Source: Promethearchaeota archaeon (GTDB taxonomy: Archaea; Asgardarchaeota; Lokiarchaeia; Sigyniarchaeales; SOKP01). From it: DNA of 64,000 nucleotides. Both the position numbers and the translations under genes were made by a program. The notes below the pieces were generated by a model that was not told the origin of the DNA, did no database searches, and saw only the letters and a list, made by a program, of their open reading frames with translations. The DNA lies in NCBI GenBank assembly GCA_019057795.1, contig JAHLWS010000070.1, positions 32,001 to 96,000 on the forward strand. The letters are read 5' to 3'. Positions 19,308 through 29,173 of this stretch are shown one piece after another. The stretch's first letter is position 1. Each line of letters opens with the position of its first letter.

Positions 19308-21389
19308 ATGACTAAAATCCGTGGTGTTATTGTTCCATCACTCACATTTTTTAATAAAGATTTAGAGGTTAATACTGAGCTTCATTCTTTACTAACTCGT
19401 CATCTACTCGTAAACGGAGCGGATTCAATTTATTTATTTGGGACTAAAGGTGCTGGGTTTTATTTTTCAGATAAACTAAAAGAAAAAATTAAATTGATAA
19501 ATTTAACATTAGAAGTCACTGGTAAAAAAACTCCGCTAATTGTAGGAATATTTGGAAATAACAAGGATCGAATAATCGACCAATTAGAGGAGTTAGGAAA
19601 AAAATTTGGTACCATTAATTTTATAATAGCCCCACCTTATTTAGAAAAAATTAAAGATGTAAATTCGTATTTAGATTACATTTTAGGAACTGTTAACATC
19701 GATAACCATATTTATATCCATAACAATCGTGAGAAATTTGCCGGAAATGAAATTAACCCTTCTATAGTTAAGGAATTGATTGGTTATGAAAATCTTTCTG
19801 GATTTATTGACTCTTGTGATAACATAAATTATTGTAAATCATATATAAAACTAATAAATGAAAATTTTTCTTTATTGTGTGAGAACGAGGAGACTTTTCA
19901 GAAATTCCTTCAACTAGTTCCTTTAAACCTAAGAAAATATGTTGGAATTGTTCCCTGTGTTAGCAACTTAGTTAATTTAAGTTCAAAGTTATATTTTTGT
20001 GCAATTGAGGAAAAGATTTTAGAGTTACACCAACTTCAAGAACAAATAAATGATATTAGAAATAAATTATATGATAATAAAGCTCAAGATGGAATAGAAC
20101 AACGAGGCTTGAAGTATGCGTTTTTATATTTATACAAAAGTTTTTCACCAAATTTAATAGAAGATTTAAATATTTTAAGTCCAAATTTAAAAGGGACCCT
20201 CGATGAAATCACAAAAGAAAGAATAGAAGCATATGTGAACTATTTAAAAAACCAAAAGCATATTTATCAATTATTTTCCTTAGGGAAAGATAATATATAT
20301 CAATTAGATGATATGATAAACATATTTTCTAATGTAGAAGTCCTCCTTTCTCAAGGCAACATAAAGAAGGTTATTGGTCCCTTCGATGCTGATATAAACA
20401 CAATATACAGAGTAAATTTTGAAAAGAGTCAGTTAATCTTCAAATTCCGGACTTTAAAATCTTTTCAATATGAAGATATTGTAAAAGAAAAACTTCTATT
20501 TCCTTTCCTAGACGGGTCGCTAAATTCCAATTCCTTTGATCTTAGAGAAAAAATAAAAAAAATCGTTTCGATCAAGAAAGGAGACTACCAATTTAGTAAC
20601 GATAAACCCCCTATTATACCAGTAGCAAATTTAGTTTATTTTGATGAAACTAAAGAAGTTATTCCATATATTTTTACTATCCAAGAATATGTCCACGGCA
20701 AGTCTTTAAAAGATTTGTTTAATCAATATAGTAAAGAGGATTTAAGCTTTTCTAAGTCCAAATTCTTAACTTTGTTTAATGATTTAGGAGAACTTTTAGG
20801 GAAATTACATACAATATCTTTTGATTCGTTTCAAGAGCACATTTATAATATAGGTAAAATATCAAAAATTAATTGGTTAGAACTTATTAATTCAGAATTT
20901 AAAATAGAGAGCCAAGAAGCAAGAAGAAAAAAACTTGGTTATGATAATGAAATAAAAACATTTTTAAAGGATAATATTTCTTTATTAGAAGAAGAAAACG
21001 AACCAGTTGTACTTCATAATGATTTTCAATGGACAAATCTAATAGTCAAAGATTCCCCTAACAAAATCCAGATAAATGGGATTATAGATTTTGATGATTG
21101 GCGAGTTGGTGCTAGGGCACAAGATTTTGTAAAAATGGAATTTTATACCTTAAAACCTATAAATAACATTGATATTAGAGAATCTTTTTATAATGGGTAT
21201 AAGAAATATTGTAATGTTGGGCAAGATTTTTTCAAAAAACTTGATATTTATTCATTATTATGGTTTTTAAAGTTTTATAATTCATTATATGGTAATTTAG
21301 CCAATCTAAAAGGTTCTAATTCAATTAATGAAAGAGATAAATTATGGAATTCATATATTAAAGAAATAGAAAGAATTATTAATTCCTAA
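19308..21389 (+). CDS. Fusion of a degenerate DapA/DHDPS-like barrel and an APH/choline-kinase-like phosphotransferase
   Basis: N-half IRGVIVPSLTFF, GADSIYLFGTKG, PPY; C-half HNDFQWTN and GIIDFDD kinase motifs. Confidence 0.8.
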   Translation: MTKIRGVIVPSLTFFNKDLEVNTELHSLLTRHLLVNGADSIYLFGTKGAGFYFSDKLKEKIKLINLTLEVTGKKTPLIVGIFGNNKDRIIDQLEELGKKFGTINFIIAPPYLEKIKDVNSYLDYILGTVNIDNHIYIHNNREKFAGNEINPSIVKELIGYENLSGFIDSCDNINYCKSYIKLINENFSLLCENEETFQKFLQLVPLNLRKYVGIVPCVSNLVNLSSKLYFCAIEEKILELHQLQEQINDIRNKLYDNKAQDGIEQRGLKYAFLYLYKSFSPNLIEDLNILSPNLKGTLDEITKERIEAYVNYLKNQKHIYQLFSLGKDNIYQLDDMINIFSNVEVLLSQGNIKKVIGPFDADINTIYRVNFEKSQLIFKFRTLKSFQYEDIVKEKLLFPFLDGSLNSNSFDLREKIKKIVSIKKGDYQFSNDKPPIIPVANLVYFDETKEVIPYIFTIQEYVHGKSLKDLFNQYSKEDLSFSKSKFLTLFNDLGELLGKLHTISFDSFQEHIYNIGKISKINWLELINSEFKIESQEARRKKLGYDNEIKTFLKDNISLLEEENEPVVLHNDFQWTNLIVKDSPNKIQINGIIDFDDWRVGARAQDFVKMEFYTLKPINNIDIRESFYNGYKKYCNVGQDFFKKLDIYSLLWFLKFYNSLYGNLANLKGSNSINERDKLWNSYIKEIERIINS

Positions 21390-21745
21390 ACTTGTTCATA
21401 GAGAACACATGCCATTAAAGTAAATTTCCAAGGTGCTTTATCACTACTGTAAACTAGTGATTTAACTTCCTCAGAAGATTCGATTCCTGAATAATCACTA
21501 AATACTTTCCAAGCAATTTTACCAATAGCGTCATGATCTTCTAGAATTGTTTTAAAATTTTGTTTAATTCCCGCCCAATATATTTTTCTTGAATCCATAA
21601 TTTCCTTCAGTTTTGGCAACTCAACTAAACCTTCTAGTACGAGGTTTTCAGAAACAAATGAGAAAAATTCACTAAATTTTTTTGAGACGTCATCTGGAGC
21701 TCCTAAATTTCTATCGTATAAAAACACAAGACCAATTGATTTCAT
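21386..21745 (-). CDS. Hypothetical protein
   Basis: 119-aa ORF with GGTGA upstream. Confidence 0.65.
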   Translation of the reverse strand: MKSIGLVFLYDRNLGAPDDVSKKFSEFFSFVSENLVLEGLVELPKLKEIMDSRKIYWAGIKQNFKTILEDHDAIGKIAWKVFSDYSGIESSEEVKSLVYSSDKAPWKFTLMACVLYEQV

Positions 21746-21907
21746 TTTTTTAAATTCACCAATTCATCGAGTTAATTATCTTTATTATAAGTTTAGATTA
21801 TATTCCATAAAAGATTAAACATATTCGCATTATAATTATAAATTATGGAAGAATTAATAAATAGATATAATTAAAGTTATTCGAAAGAGAAGCTATTATA
21901 AAATTGC

Positions 21908-22321
21908 TCACCAAAAAGCATCTTGGAATTTTTTAATCGTTTCTTCTAAGCTATCTTCAATTTCTTTTTCAAAATTCATAAAAACGCTTACATCATTATC
22001 CCAGTTAAGCAAAATGTCCTCTGAGTATAGGTCGAAAAATTTGTTAGCAATAAATAACATTTCTTGCATAACTTTTTTTTCTTTTACTTTTTTCGCTGAA
22101 TTTGCTATAAATAGTATACTATTTTTTTTTAACAGAGTATAACGTTTATCTTGTAATTCAAAATTAGATAACCCTTTATGAACAAGTTCTTCAGCAAATG
22201 AATTTAACGCGGCCATTAACCCACCAAAAAGTTGATCATCCATATTTTCGTCAAATCTACGATGATAAAGAACGATTCCCGATTCTATGAGAATCCAAAT
22301 ATCTTGTAGTACTTTAGACAT
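21908..22321 (-). CDS. Longin-like domain protein (Asgard type)
   Basis: IWILIESGIVLYHR...DDQLFGGLMAALNSFAEEL...F..F..Y...W pattern. Confidence 0.7.
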   Translation of the reverse strand: MSKVLQDIWILIESGIVLYHRRFDENMDDQLFGGLMAALNSFAEELVHKGLSNFELQDKRYTLLKKNSILFIANSAKKVKEKKVMQEMLFIANKFFDLYSEDILLNWDNDVSVFMNFEKEIEDSLEETIKKFQDAFW

Positions 22322-22407
22322 TTTTTTTACTGCTCCAAAAAAGACTCTAACTTCTTTTTAATTAGTCTTTATACTATATTATAAGAAAAAAAAGGTTTAA
22401 ATTTAAT

Positions 22408-23151
22408 CTATTTTTCACTTTTTGGTCTAATGTATCCAAAGTAAGCACCTAAAATGGCAAAAATAACAAAAATCCAGGCTAAAAAGTAGAACAACGAAAA
22501 TCCCGGTCCTCCTGCTAAAATAAGTACTCGATCAATTAAAAAACTTAATGGTACAAGGATAAAGAATATAGCCATTATTGCTAATGATAAAAAGGCTGTT
22601 TTAAAAACCTTATTATCTGTATCTTTATACGATTGAAAGGATTCAATGAAAAAGGGTATGTAAATTAATGCCATAAATACGAAAATAAATAGAAAAGCAA
22701 AAACATCGTATAGCGTATTTCCTCTCTGATATACAAATAAAGCAAATCCTGCGGTAAAAATCGCATAAAGTGTTACGATAATTCTCAAAACCTTATTGAA
22801 TCCTTTTCCGAAAACTTTTACTTTGAAAACGTATGAGAGATAGATACCAATAGATAAGAAGACAAAACTTATTCTAAAATCAGTTATTCTAAGTATAATC
22901 CAGGACAATAACGTACCAGGATCTGGAAGGATGGCGTTATACACATAATCGATTCCAGAATATAGCACAAAAATCTTCGATAACCAAGAAAATATAATTG
23001 CAATTACGTAACTTAGGAAAATTAAGAAGAGATACAAAGTTAACTGGTGTTTCTTTTCGTAATATTTCATTAGGATTAAGACTAGAAAAATCATTGCTAC
23101 TAAGATAATAAAAGTTTCAAAGACCATCCCAACGAATTGTAAGTCAGCCAT
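22408..23151 (-). CDS. Polytopic membrane protein, about 7 TM helices
   Basis: Seven hydrophobic segments in 247 aa. Confidence 0.75.
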   Translation of the reverse strand: MADLQFVGMVFETFIILVAMIFLVLILMKYYEKKHQLTLYLFLIFLSYVIAIIFSWLSKIFVLYSGIDYVYNAILPDPGTLLSWIILRITDFRISFVFLSIGIYLSYVFKVKVFGKGFNKVLRIIVTLYAIFTAGFALFVYQRGNTLYDVFAFLFIFVFMALIYIPFFIESFQSYKDTDNKVFKTAFLSLAIMAIFFILVPLSFLIDRVLILAGGPGFSLFYFLAWIFVIFAILGAYFGYIRPKSEK

Positions 23152-23370
23152 ATAAATTATTAAAAAGTAGAAGTATTTATATTTTAAGTTTCTAAGAAAT
23201 AAATCTGATTGATGAAAATGATAATTTTATTCTCAGGGAACTGCCAAATCTTTGAATATATTTAACTAAAATTTAATTTCTTAATAACATATAATAATTT
23301 AACTTTCTGTTTTTAATGTTTTCTAATAAAAGAGAGAGAGAATACAATTTGCACAGATGGTTTAATTTTT

Positions 23371-24303
23371 ATGTCGAACTTTAATAAAGAATTATCCTTA
23401 GCAATTAAATTGGTTAAAGAAGCTTCAGAAATTACAGAATGGTTTAGAAAAAAAAAAGTTTTATCATTTAAGAAAGAAGATGAATCGCCTGTAACTTTAG
23501 CAGATTTTGCTTCCCAAATCTTTATTATATCTAAAATAAAGGAGCTTTTTCCCGAAGACCAAATTATTGCGGAAGAAGATAGTGGAGCTTTTCTAAATCT
23601 AAATGCTGAAGATATTATAAAAAAGTGTTACAATTCGTTGAATCTAGTGATTGAGGATGACTTTAAAGACACTTTAAATTACCGAGGTTCTAATTCTAAA
23701 CGCCAATGGACAATAGATCCCATCGATGGTACAAAAGGATTCCAAAAACATTTAGCATATGCTATTGGGATTGGATTTATGGTTCAATCCGAACCAACAG
23801 TTTGCGCAATATCTGTACCAAACTATAATGAACAGAATCTAACGATTTTTTCTGCGGAAAAAAACCACGGAGCCAAAGTTTCGTATGGAAACCAAAACTT
23901 TAATCTAATTAAGGTAAGTGAAAATAAAATAATTAAGAATTTTCGTATGTGTCATTCGTTGCATTACGATAAACCTTGGGTAATAAATTTCGCTCGTTCA
24001 CTTGGTATAACCTACTTTGTTCAAATGGACAGTATGGCGAAGTTTTGCATGGTTGCTGATAGTACAGCCGATCTTTACGTTAAACCTTTGAATATAAAAC
24101 GTTCATTTACATGGGATTTTTTACCGGGAGATTTACTGGTTAAAGAAGCGGGAGGGATCATTACAGATCTAAATGGGAATTTAATTAAATATTTAAACGA
24201 GAAATGTATAATTACCGCTCCGGGTCTTATTGCTTCCAATGGGGTTTTGCATAAGGATTTATTAAACGCATTAAAATCAAGCAAAATCATAAAAAGTAGT
24301 TAA
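23371..24303 (+). CDS. Inositol monophosphatase family; 3'(2'),5'-bisphosphate nucleotidase-like
   Basis: SPVTLADFASQ, IAEE, WTIDPIDGTKGF, DSMAK, WD...LVKEAGG. Confidence 0.9.
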   Translation: MSNFNKELSLAIKLVKEASEITEWFRKKKVLSFKKEDESPVTLADFASQIFIISKIKELFPEDQIIAEEDSGAFLNLNAEDIIKKCYNSLNLVIEDDFKDTLNYRGSNSKRQWTIDPIDGTKGFQKHLAYAIGIGFMVQSEPTVCAISVPNYNEQNLTIFSAEKNHGAKVSYGNQNFNLIKVSENKIIKNFRMCHSLHYDKPWVINFARSLGITYFVQMDSMAKFCMVADSTADLYVKPLNIKRSFTWDFLPGDLLVKEAGGIITDLNGNLIKYLNEKCIITAPGLIASNGVLHKDLLNALKSSKIIKSS

Positions 24304-24313
24304 AAAATCCGAA

Positions 24314-25402
24314 TTAAACTGCTAAATAATTTATTAATGTAGTTTGCATTGCACTTGGAGCTTTTTCTATATTTGACAATTTAATGCCAACGAGTCTAAC
24401 TTTCTTGTTCATTATAGAAAATTGATTTAATAAATCAACAATTACTCTCAATACTTTATTCTTATCTTGAATATGATGAGCAAAAGATTTTGAGCGAGTG
24501 TATGTTAAAAATCCTTCAAGTCTTATTTTTAAAGTTACCGTCCGATAAAATATTTTATTTTTAATTACTTTTTTATGAATTTTATTATTTAATTCTTCAA
24601 GTTTAGTTAAAATTACTTTGAAATCATCCGTATCCTCATAAAAGGTTCGTTCCTTGCTAATAGATTTTCTATCACCGTCAAATTCTTTCACTTCTCTATC
24701 ATCAAAACCCATAGCAATTTCCCAGGCCCATTTTCCATTTTTACCAAACAATTGAATCATTTTATGGAGCGGAGTATTAATAATGTCACCAATCGTATTA
24801 ATGCCTTTTTTGTTGTAATACAATTTAGATTTTTTTCCAATACCTGGAATAGTAGTTATATCTAAATCTTTTAAAAAAAATTTTATTTTTTCAGGTTCAA
24901 CTACGGTAATTCCATTAGGTTTATTACAATCAGAAGCGATTTTTGCTATAGATTTAGTCGATGCACATCCAATCGAGATTGTAATACCTATTTTTTTTTG
25001 GACTTCGTCTTTTAATTTTTCAGCTAAATCTCTAACTTCTTTATAATTTATACACTTATCTGATATGTCTAGATATGCCTCGTCAATACTTACCTGTTGA
25101 AACATATCTGAATAGGAATTAACAATCTCCATTACTTCTTTTGAGGCTTTATGGTATTTCTCAAAATTGGGATGAAGATAGATACCATGAGGACATCTTT
25201 TATAAGCGCGGGATATAGGCATCGCAGAATGAAGTCCGAATTTTCGAGCCTCGTAGTTACAGGTACTGACTACACCTCTTCCTTTTCCCTCTTTTGGGTC
25301 TGCTCCTATTACTATAGGTTTTCCTATATATATTGGGTTATCTCGTTCCTCAACAGCAGCAAAAAAGCAATCTAAGTCGCAATGTAAGATAAAATGGCTC
25401 AT
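24314..25402 (-). CDS. dinB: DNA polymerase IV (Y family)
   Basis: HCDLDCFFAAVE, CNYEARKFG, SIDEAYLD, AKIASD..KPNG. Confidence 0.96.
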   Translation of the reverse strand: MSHFILHCDLDCFFAAVEERDNPIYIGKPIVIGADPKEGKGRGVVSTCNYEARKFGLHSAMPISRAYKRCPHGIYLHPNFEKYHKASKEVMEIVNSYSDMFQQVSIDEAYLDISDKCINYKEVRDLAEKLKDEVQKKIGITISIGCASTKSIAKIASDCNKPNGITVVEPEKIKFFLKDLDITTIPGIGKKSKLYYNKKGINTIGDIINTPLHKMIQLFGKNGKWAWEIAMGFDDREVKEFDGDRKSISKERTFYEDTDDFKVILTKLEELNNKIHKKVIKNKIFYRTVTLKIRLEGFLTYTRSKSFAHHIQDKNKVLRVIVDLLNQFSIMNKKVRLVGIKLSNIEKAPSAMQTTLINYLAV

Positions 25403-25580
25403 TTTTAATCGTTTTTAATAAATTCCATTAATTTAGACATTGTTAGTATTTCCAAATAAATTAAAAAAAGTTAGACTATGTTGAATTATTAATTTAAAAT
25501 TACATAATCGCATAATTCATCTCTAATGGATGTCTAATTCTATGAAATACATTTTTAATCAATCTTTAATTTAAAATCAT

Positions 25581-26267
25581 ATGGAAACGGATAAGTTAGA
25601 ACAACTTCGAAAAACGGTTGTAAGAGGAGCTCAAGAGATATATAGTAAAGGGTTAGTTGAGGATGGAGAAGGTAATGTTAGTGTAAGAATCGATAAAAAT
25701 GAAATATTATGTACTCCCACTTCAACAAAATATAAATTATTAAGTCCTGAGCTAATTGTCCATATGGATTTAGATGGAAATGTATTAGGCTCGGGTAAAA
25801 TTCCTTCCACGGAAGTTAAAATGCATCTAGCCGTTTATAAAGATAGACCTAAAGTTAAATGTGTTATCCACAATCATTCATCCTATATTACTATGCTTTC
25901 AGTTCTAAGAAGAGGCATTCCAATTATAATGGAACAACAATTGATTTTCCTTGGTGGAGAAATTCGATGTACTGAAATTACTGAAGCCCACACAGAAGAA
26001 ATGGGATTAAATGCGTTGAAAGCGCTAGATAGAAATAACGCAGCGATACTCGCAAATCATGGGGCTATCATATGCGGAAAATCTGTTGATCACGCAGTTC
26101 GGTTTGCTGTAATATTAGAAAAATTGGCAAAAGTGTATTGGGGCGCACTGCAAATTGGAGTCCCATTAACGATCCCTGAGGAAAACCTTGAAGAACACGA
26201 GAAGATGTTTAACGGATTATTTGCTTGTTATCCACGAAGAATGAGGAGTAAAAAGTCAAATAGTTGA
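25581..26267 (+). CDS. Class II aldolase/adducin family protein (FucA-like)
   Basis: GNVSVR, PSTEVKMH, HNHS, ANHG. Confidence 0.9.
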   Translation: METDKLEQLRKTVVRGAQEIYSKGLVEDGEGNVSVRIDKNEILCTPTSTKYKLLSPELIVHMDLDGNVLGSGKIPSTEVKMHLAVYKDRPKVKCVIHNHSSYITMLSVLRRGIPIIMEQQLIFLGGEIRCTEITEAHTEEMGLNALKALDRNNAAILANHGAIICGKSVDHAVRFAVILEKLAKVYWGALQIGVPLTIPEENLEEHEKMFNGLFACYPRRMRSKKSNS

Positions 26268-26272
26268 TTTTT

Positions 26273-27103
26273 ATGGAATTAGGTATCAGTTCCTTAGGAG
26301 ATATTATCGATTTTGGACTTAGTAACAAGTGGAAGAATGTTAATGATTTGTTGTCTAAATCCACAGAAGCATGTCTTAATTTTGCCGAAAAACAAGACAT
26401 TGCTACAGTAGAAATAGTTATAGATCCACAAAATATATTTATAGACGCGATTAAACAAAAATTCGTTGACTTGATGAGTTCTTATTCTATGAAAAAGCAA
26501 GTTCATGGTCCTTTTATAGATGTAAATTTATGTTCCCACAATGATTTGATTTCTCAAGCTTCTGTAGAAGCCTATATTGAAACATCTAAACTTTGTGAAG
26601 AAGTAAATGTTGATATGATGACAATACATCCCGGTTTAGCGAACTTTATGATAGAATCAATTAGAGAATATAACAAAATTCAGTTAACCAAGGCGATTGA
26701 GACTTTATTAGATTTCACAAAAAACCTTAATTTAACGATTTGTTTAGAAAATATGCCCAAAAATACTAATATCATGTTAGATGAAAATAATATTTCCGAA
26801 ATATTAAGGAAAATTAATAGAACTGATCTTTTTCTTACCTACGATACGAGTCATTTTTATACTAACAACGGAAATGTAGAGGATTTATGGGAAACATCTC
26901 ATAACATTATCAAGAACATACATCTAGTTGATAATTTCACTAAAGAAACCGATACACACCCTCCTCTAGGCAGTGGAAAAGTCAAATTTAAAGAAATCTT
27001 AGAGATTATCAACAGTTACAACTATAAAGGAGCTCTAATTATAGAACTATCCTCTAATAAGAAATTACAAGAGAGCATCGATTATATTAACCGGTTTTTA
27101 TAA
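26273..27103 (+). CDS. Sugar phosphate isomerase/epimerase (xylose isomerase-like TIM barrel)
   Basis: HGPFIDVN, HPG, LENM, DTSH, IHLVD, H.PLGSG, IIE. Confidence 0.85.
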   Translation: MELGISSLGDIIDFGLSNKWKNVNDLLSKSTEACLNFAEKQDIATVEIVIDPQNIFIDAIKQKFVDLMSSYSMKKQVHGPFIDVNLCSHNDLISQASVEAYIETSKLCEEVNVDMMTIHPGLANFMIESIREYNKIQLTKAIETLLDFTKNLNLTICLENMPKNTNIMLDENNISEILRKINRTDLFLTYDTSHFYTNNGNVEDLWETSHNIIKNIHLVDNFTKETDTHPPLGSGKVKFKEILEIINSYNYKGALIIELSSNKKLQESIDYINRFL

Positions 27104-27179
27104 ACAAATTTCTCTGAAATTATTTTGTTTAATAGAAATTTTATACACTTATTTATGAAATAGTCTTATAAAATATATA

Positions 27180-27572
27180 ATGAAAATCATATCTCTTCAA
27201 ATTAGCGATGACTTGTTAGATAGGTTTGAAAAAGTTCGAAATCAGAGCGGATTTAATTCAAAAAGCGAAGCATTAAGAGATTCAATAATAAAATTCATTG
27301 AAAACTATGAAAAATTTGAAAATTTAGAAGGATATCGAATTATGAATATAAATCTTGTCTATCCATTTAAAGAACCTATTGCGGATGAAATTTCTGAACT
27401 TTATCACCAATTCCACGCCATAATCAAGGCCGTTACTGATTGGAGAATTGCAGAAAAAAAAATTGAAATTGTTTTAGTAGTAGGAGAATTCGGAATTATT
27501 AAGGATCTTTACAAAGCGATTGTTAAGATTAAAGACATAATAAGCTCAATCCACGAAGTTATAATCGATTAA
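27180..27572 (+). CDS. Ribbon-helix-helix regulator, NikR-like
   Basis: IISLQISDDLL...GFNSKSEALRDSI RHH followed by an ACT-like C-domain. Confidence 0.8.
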   Translation: MKIISLQISDDLLDRFEKVRNQSGFNSKSEALRDSIIKFIENYEKFENLEGYRIMNINLVYPFKEPIADEISELYHQFHAIIKAVTDWRIAEKKIEIVLVVGEFGIIKDLYKAIVKIKDIISSIHEVIID

Positions 27573-27583
27573 TTAATTCACAT

Positions 27584-28438
27584 TTAATCAAATCGAAGTG
27601 AAAAATCTACAAATTCAGTAGGTTTTTGCGTAAGCACGCTTGTACTTATTATATCGGGCTCGGAAATTAAATAATCAACTATGTTATCTTGCGTAATATT
27701 TCCCGAAACTTCAATAGTGACATTTTCGCGTAAATCATGTTTTTTTAGTAAGTTAATCGCATCTTGTACGCTATCAGGATTCATATTATCTAACATTATT
27801 ATATCTGCTCCGTTTTGTACAGCAATTAAAACATCCTCAACTTTTTCCACTTCAACTTCTATCTTTTTTGTAAAACTAACGTTGTTTTTCACATTTTTGA
27901 GAAGTTCTGCGACATTTCCGTTATAAAATTTTAAGTGTGTTGACTTTAAAAGCACCATATCATCTAAGTTAAAACGATGCGTATCTCCTTTTCCAAAATC
28001 TACAGCTTTTTTTTCAAATAATCGTAAACCGGGAAGGGTCTTTCTAGTACATGCTATTTTAACTATTTTTCCGGATTTTTCAATTATCTTAACAAATTTA
28101 CGCGTTGTTGAGGTAATTGCGCTCATATGGCTCATAAGATTTAAACCCACTCTTTCGCCTAACAAGATATCTTTAGTTTTTCCACGTAATTCTACTATTA
28201 CATCTCCATTTTGGATTTGATCGCCATCTTCTTTCTTGAGAGTAACGGCAATACCTAAAACATGAAATAATATCTCGATTTCTTCGATACCCGATAAATA
28301 CCCGTCACTTTTAGCAATAATCTTGGCGGACGAAATCGAATCCTTAGGGATTGATTTTGAGCTAATATCAATAAACATACAATCTTCGTGCAAAAACTCC
28401 CTTATTTTTTTTTCAATTAAAATGCGATTAAAACTCAT
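27584..28438 (-). CDS. nadC: Quinolinate phosphoribosyltransferase
   Basis: ERVGLN, TRKTLPG, HRFNLDD, IEVEV, IMLDN, EVSG. Confidence 0.95.
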   Translation of the reverse strand: MSFNRILIEKKIREFLHEDCMFIDISSKSIPKDSISSAKIIAKSDGYLSGIEEIEILFHVLGIAVTLKKEDGDQIQNGDVIVELRGKTKDILLGERVGLNLMSHMSAITSTTRKFVKIIEKSGKIVKIACTRKTLPGLRLFEKKAVDFGKGDTHRFNLDDMVLLKSTHLKFYNGNVAELLKNVKNNVSFTKKIEVEVEKVEDVLIAVQNGADIIMLDNMNPDSVQDAINLLKKHDLRENVTIEVSGNITQDNIVDYLISEPDIISTSVLTQKPTEFVDFSLRFD

Positions 28439-28494
28439 TTTTACCAGATTCTTTAAGCAGTATTATTATTATAGATTAAACACTAATTAAAATT

Positions 28495-29169
28495 ATGCAT
28501 GGCATTGATAAAATAATTATTGAAACTAATGAAATTAGGCTTGAAGCCGAGTTTTTTCAGTTGAGTACAAATATTTCTCAGTCAGTTGTTTTAATTTGTC
28601 ACCCACATCCTCAATTTTTCTGGGTTTAAAGCCCTAAAAAGGGAAAATATGGGGGCAATCTGTATAACAATGTCGTATCTGGCGTTTTTAATATGTGCGT
28701 TCAAAATAAGATTTCATGTTTGCGGTTTAATTTCAGGGGAGTAGGAAGTTCGACTGGAAGTCATACTAGTGGAAATGGCGAGTTAAGCGATGTGAAAGCT
28801 TGTATTGATTTTTTAATAAACGAGAAAAACATTGAAAAAATAATAATCTGTGGTTATTCCTACGGCGCCGCTATCGGGTGTTCTGTTGTAAATTTTTCTG
28901 AGAAAATAATTGGCTATTGTGCGATTTCTTTTCCTTGGGATTTCATGGGCTCAAAATATAAGAAACTTTCTCAAACTAAAAAACCAAAATTGTTTATTCA
29001 AGGGAATCGAGATACTATTGCGCTCTATGAAAATTTTGAAAACCATTATAATTTCTATTTCGAACCAAAAAAATATAAGATTATTAATGGAGCTGACCAC
29101 TTTTACTCGGGATTTGAAGAAAATATCGCACAAGAAGTAAGCGAATTCTACAATTCGATTACAAAATAA
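28495..29169 (+). CDS. Alpha/beta hydrolase interrupted by a 33-nt intron (exons 28495-28613 and 28647-29169; 213 aa if spliced)
   Basis: ATG at 28495 is in frame with the called ORF. The spliced product reads CHPHPQYGGNLYNNVV...RFNFRGVGSSTG...GYSYG (nucleophile)...QGNRD...GADHF. Confidence 0.85.
28614..28646 (+). other. Predicted bulge-helix-bulge (BHB) mRNA intron, 33 nt
   Basis: Helix UCCU 28608-11 / GGGA 28641-44; 3-nt bulges CAA 28612-14 and AAA 28645-47; flanking stems on both sides; in-frame UAA at 28627-29. Confidence 0.8.
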
Positions 29170-29173
29170 GATA

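Noticed and set aside
27180-27572. Calling this gene nikR
   Set aside because: The His-x-His/Cys nickel ligands are not visible, so it is labelled NikR-like only.
28627-28629. Simple nonsense mutation or stop readthrough in the hydrolase
   Set aside because: Readthrough would leave 11 extra residues inside the conserved motif; the precise BHB geometry favours an intron.
28693-29169. 158-aa ORF as a complete gene
   Set aside because: It lacks the N-terminal HPHP-x-YGG region, which is encoded in frame upstream across the 33-nt insert.
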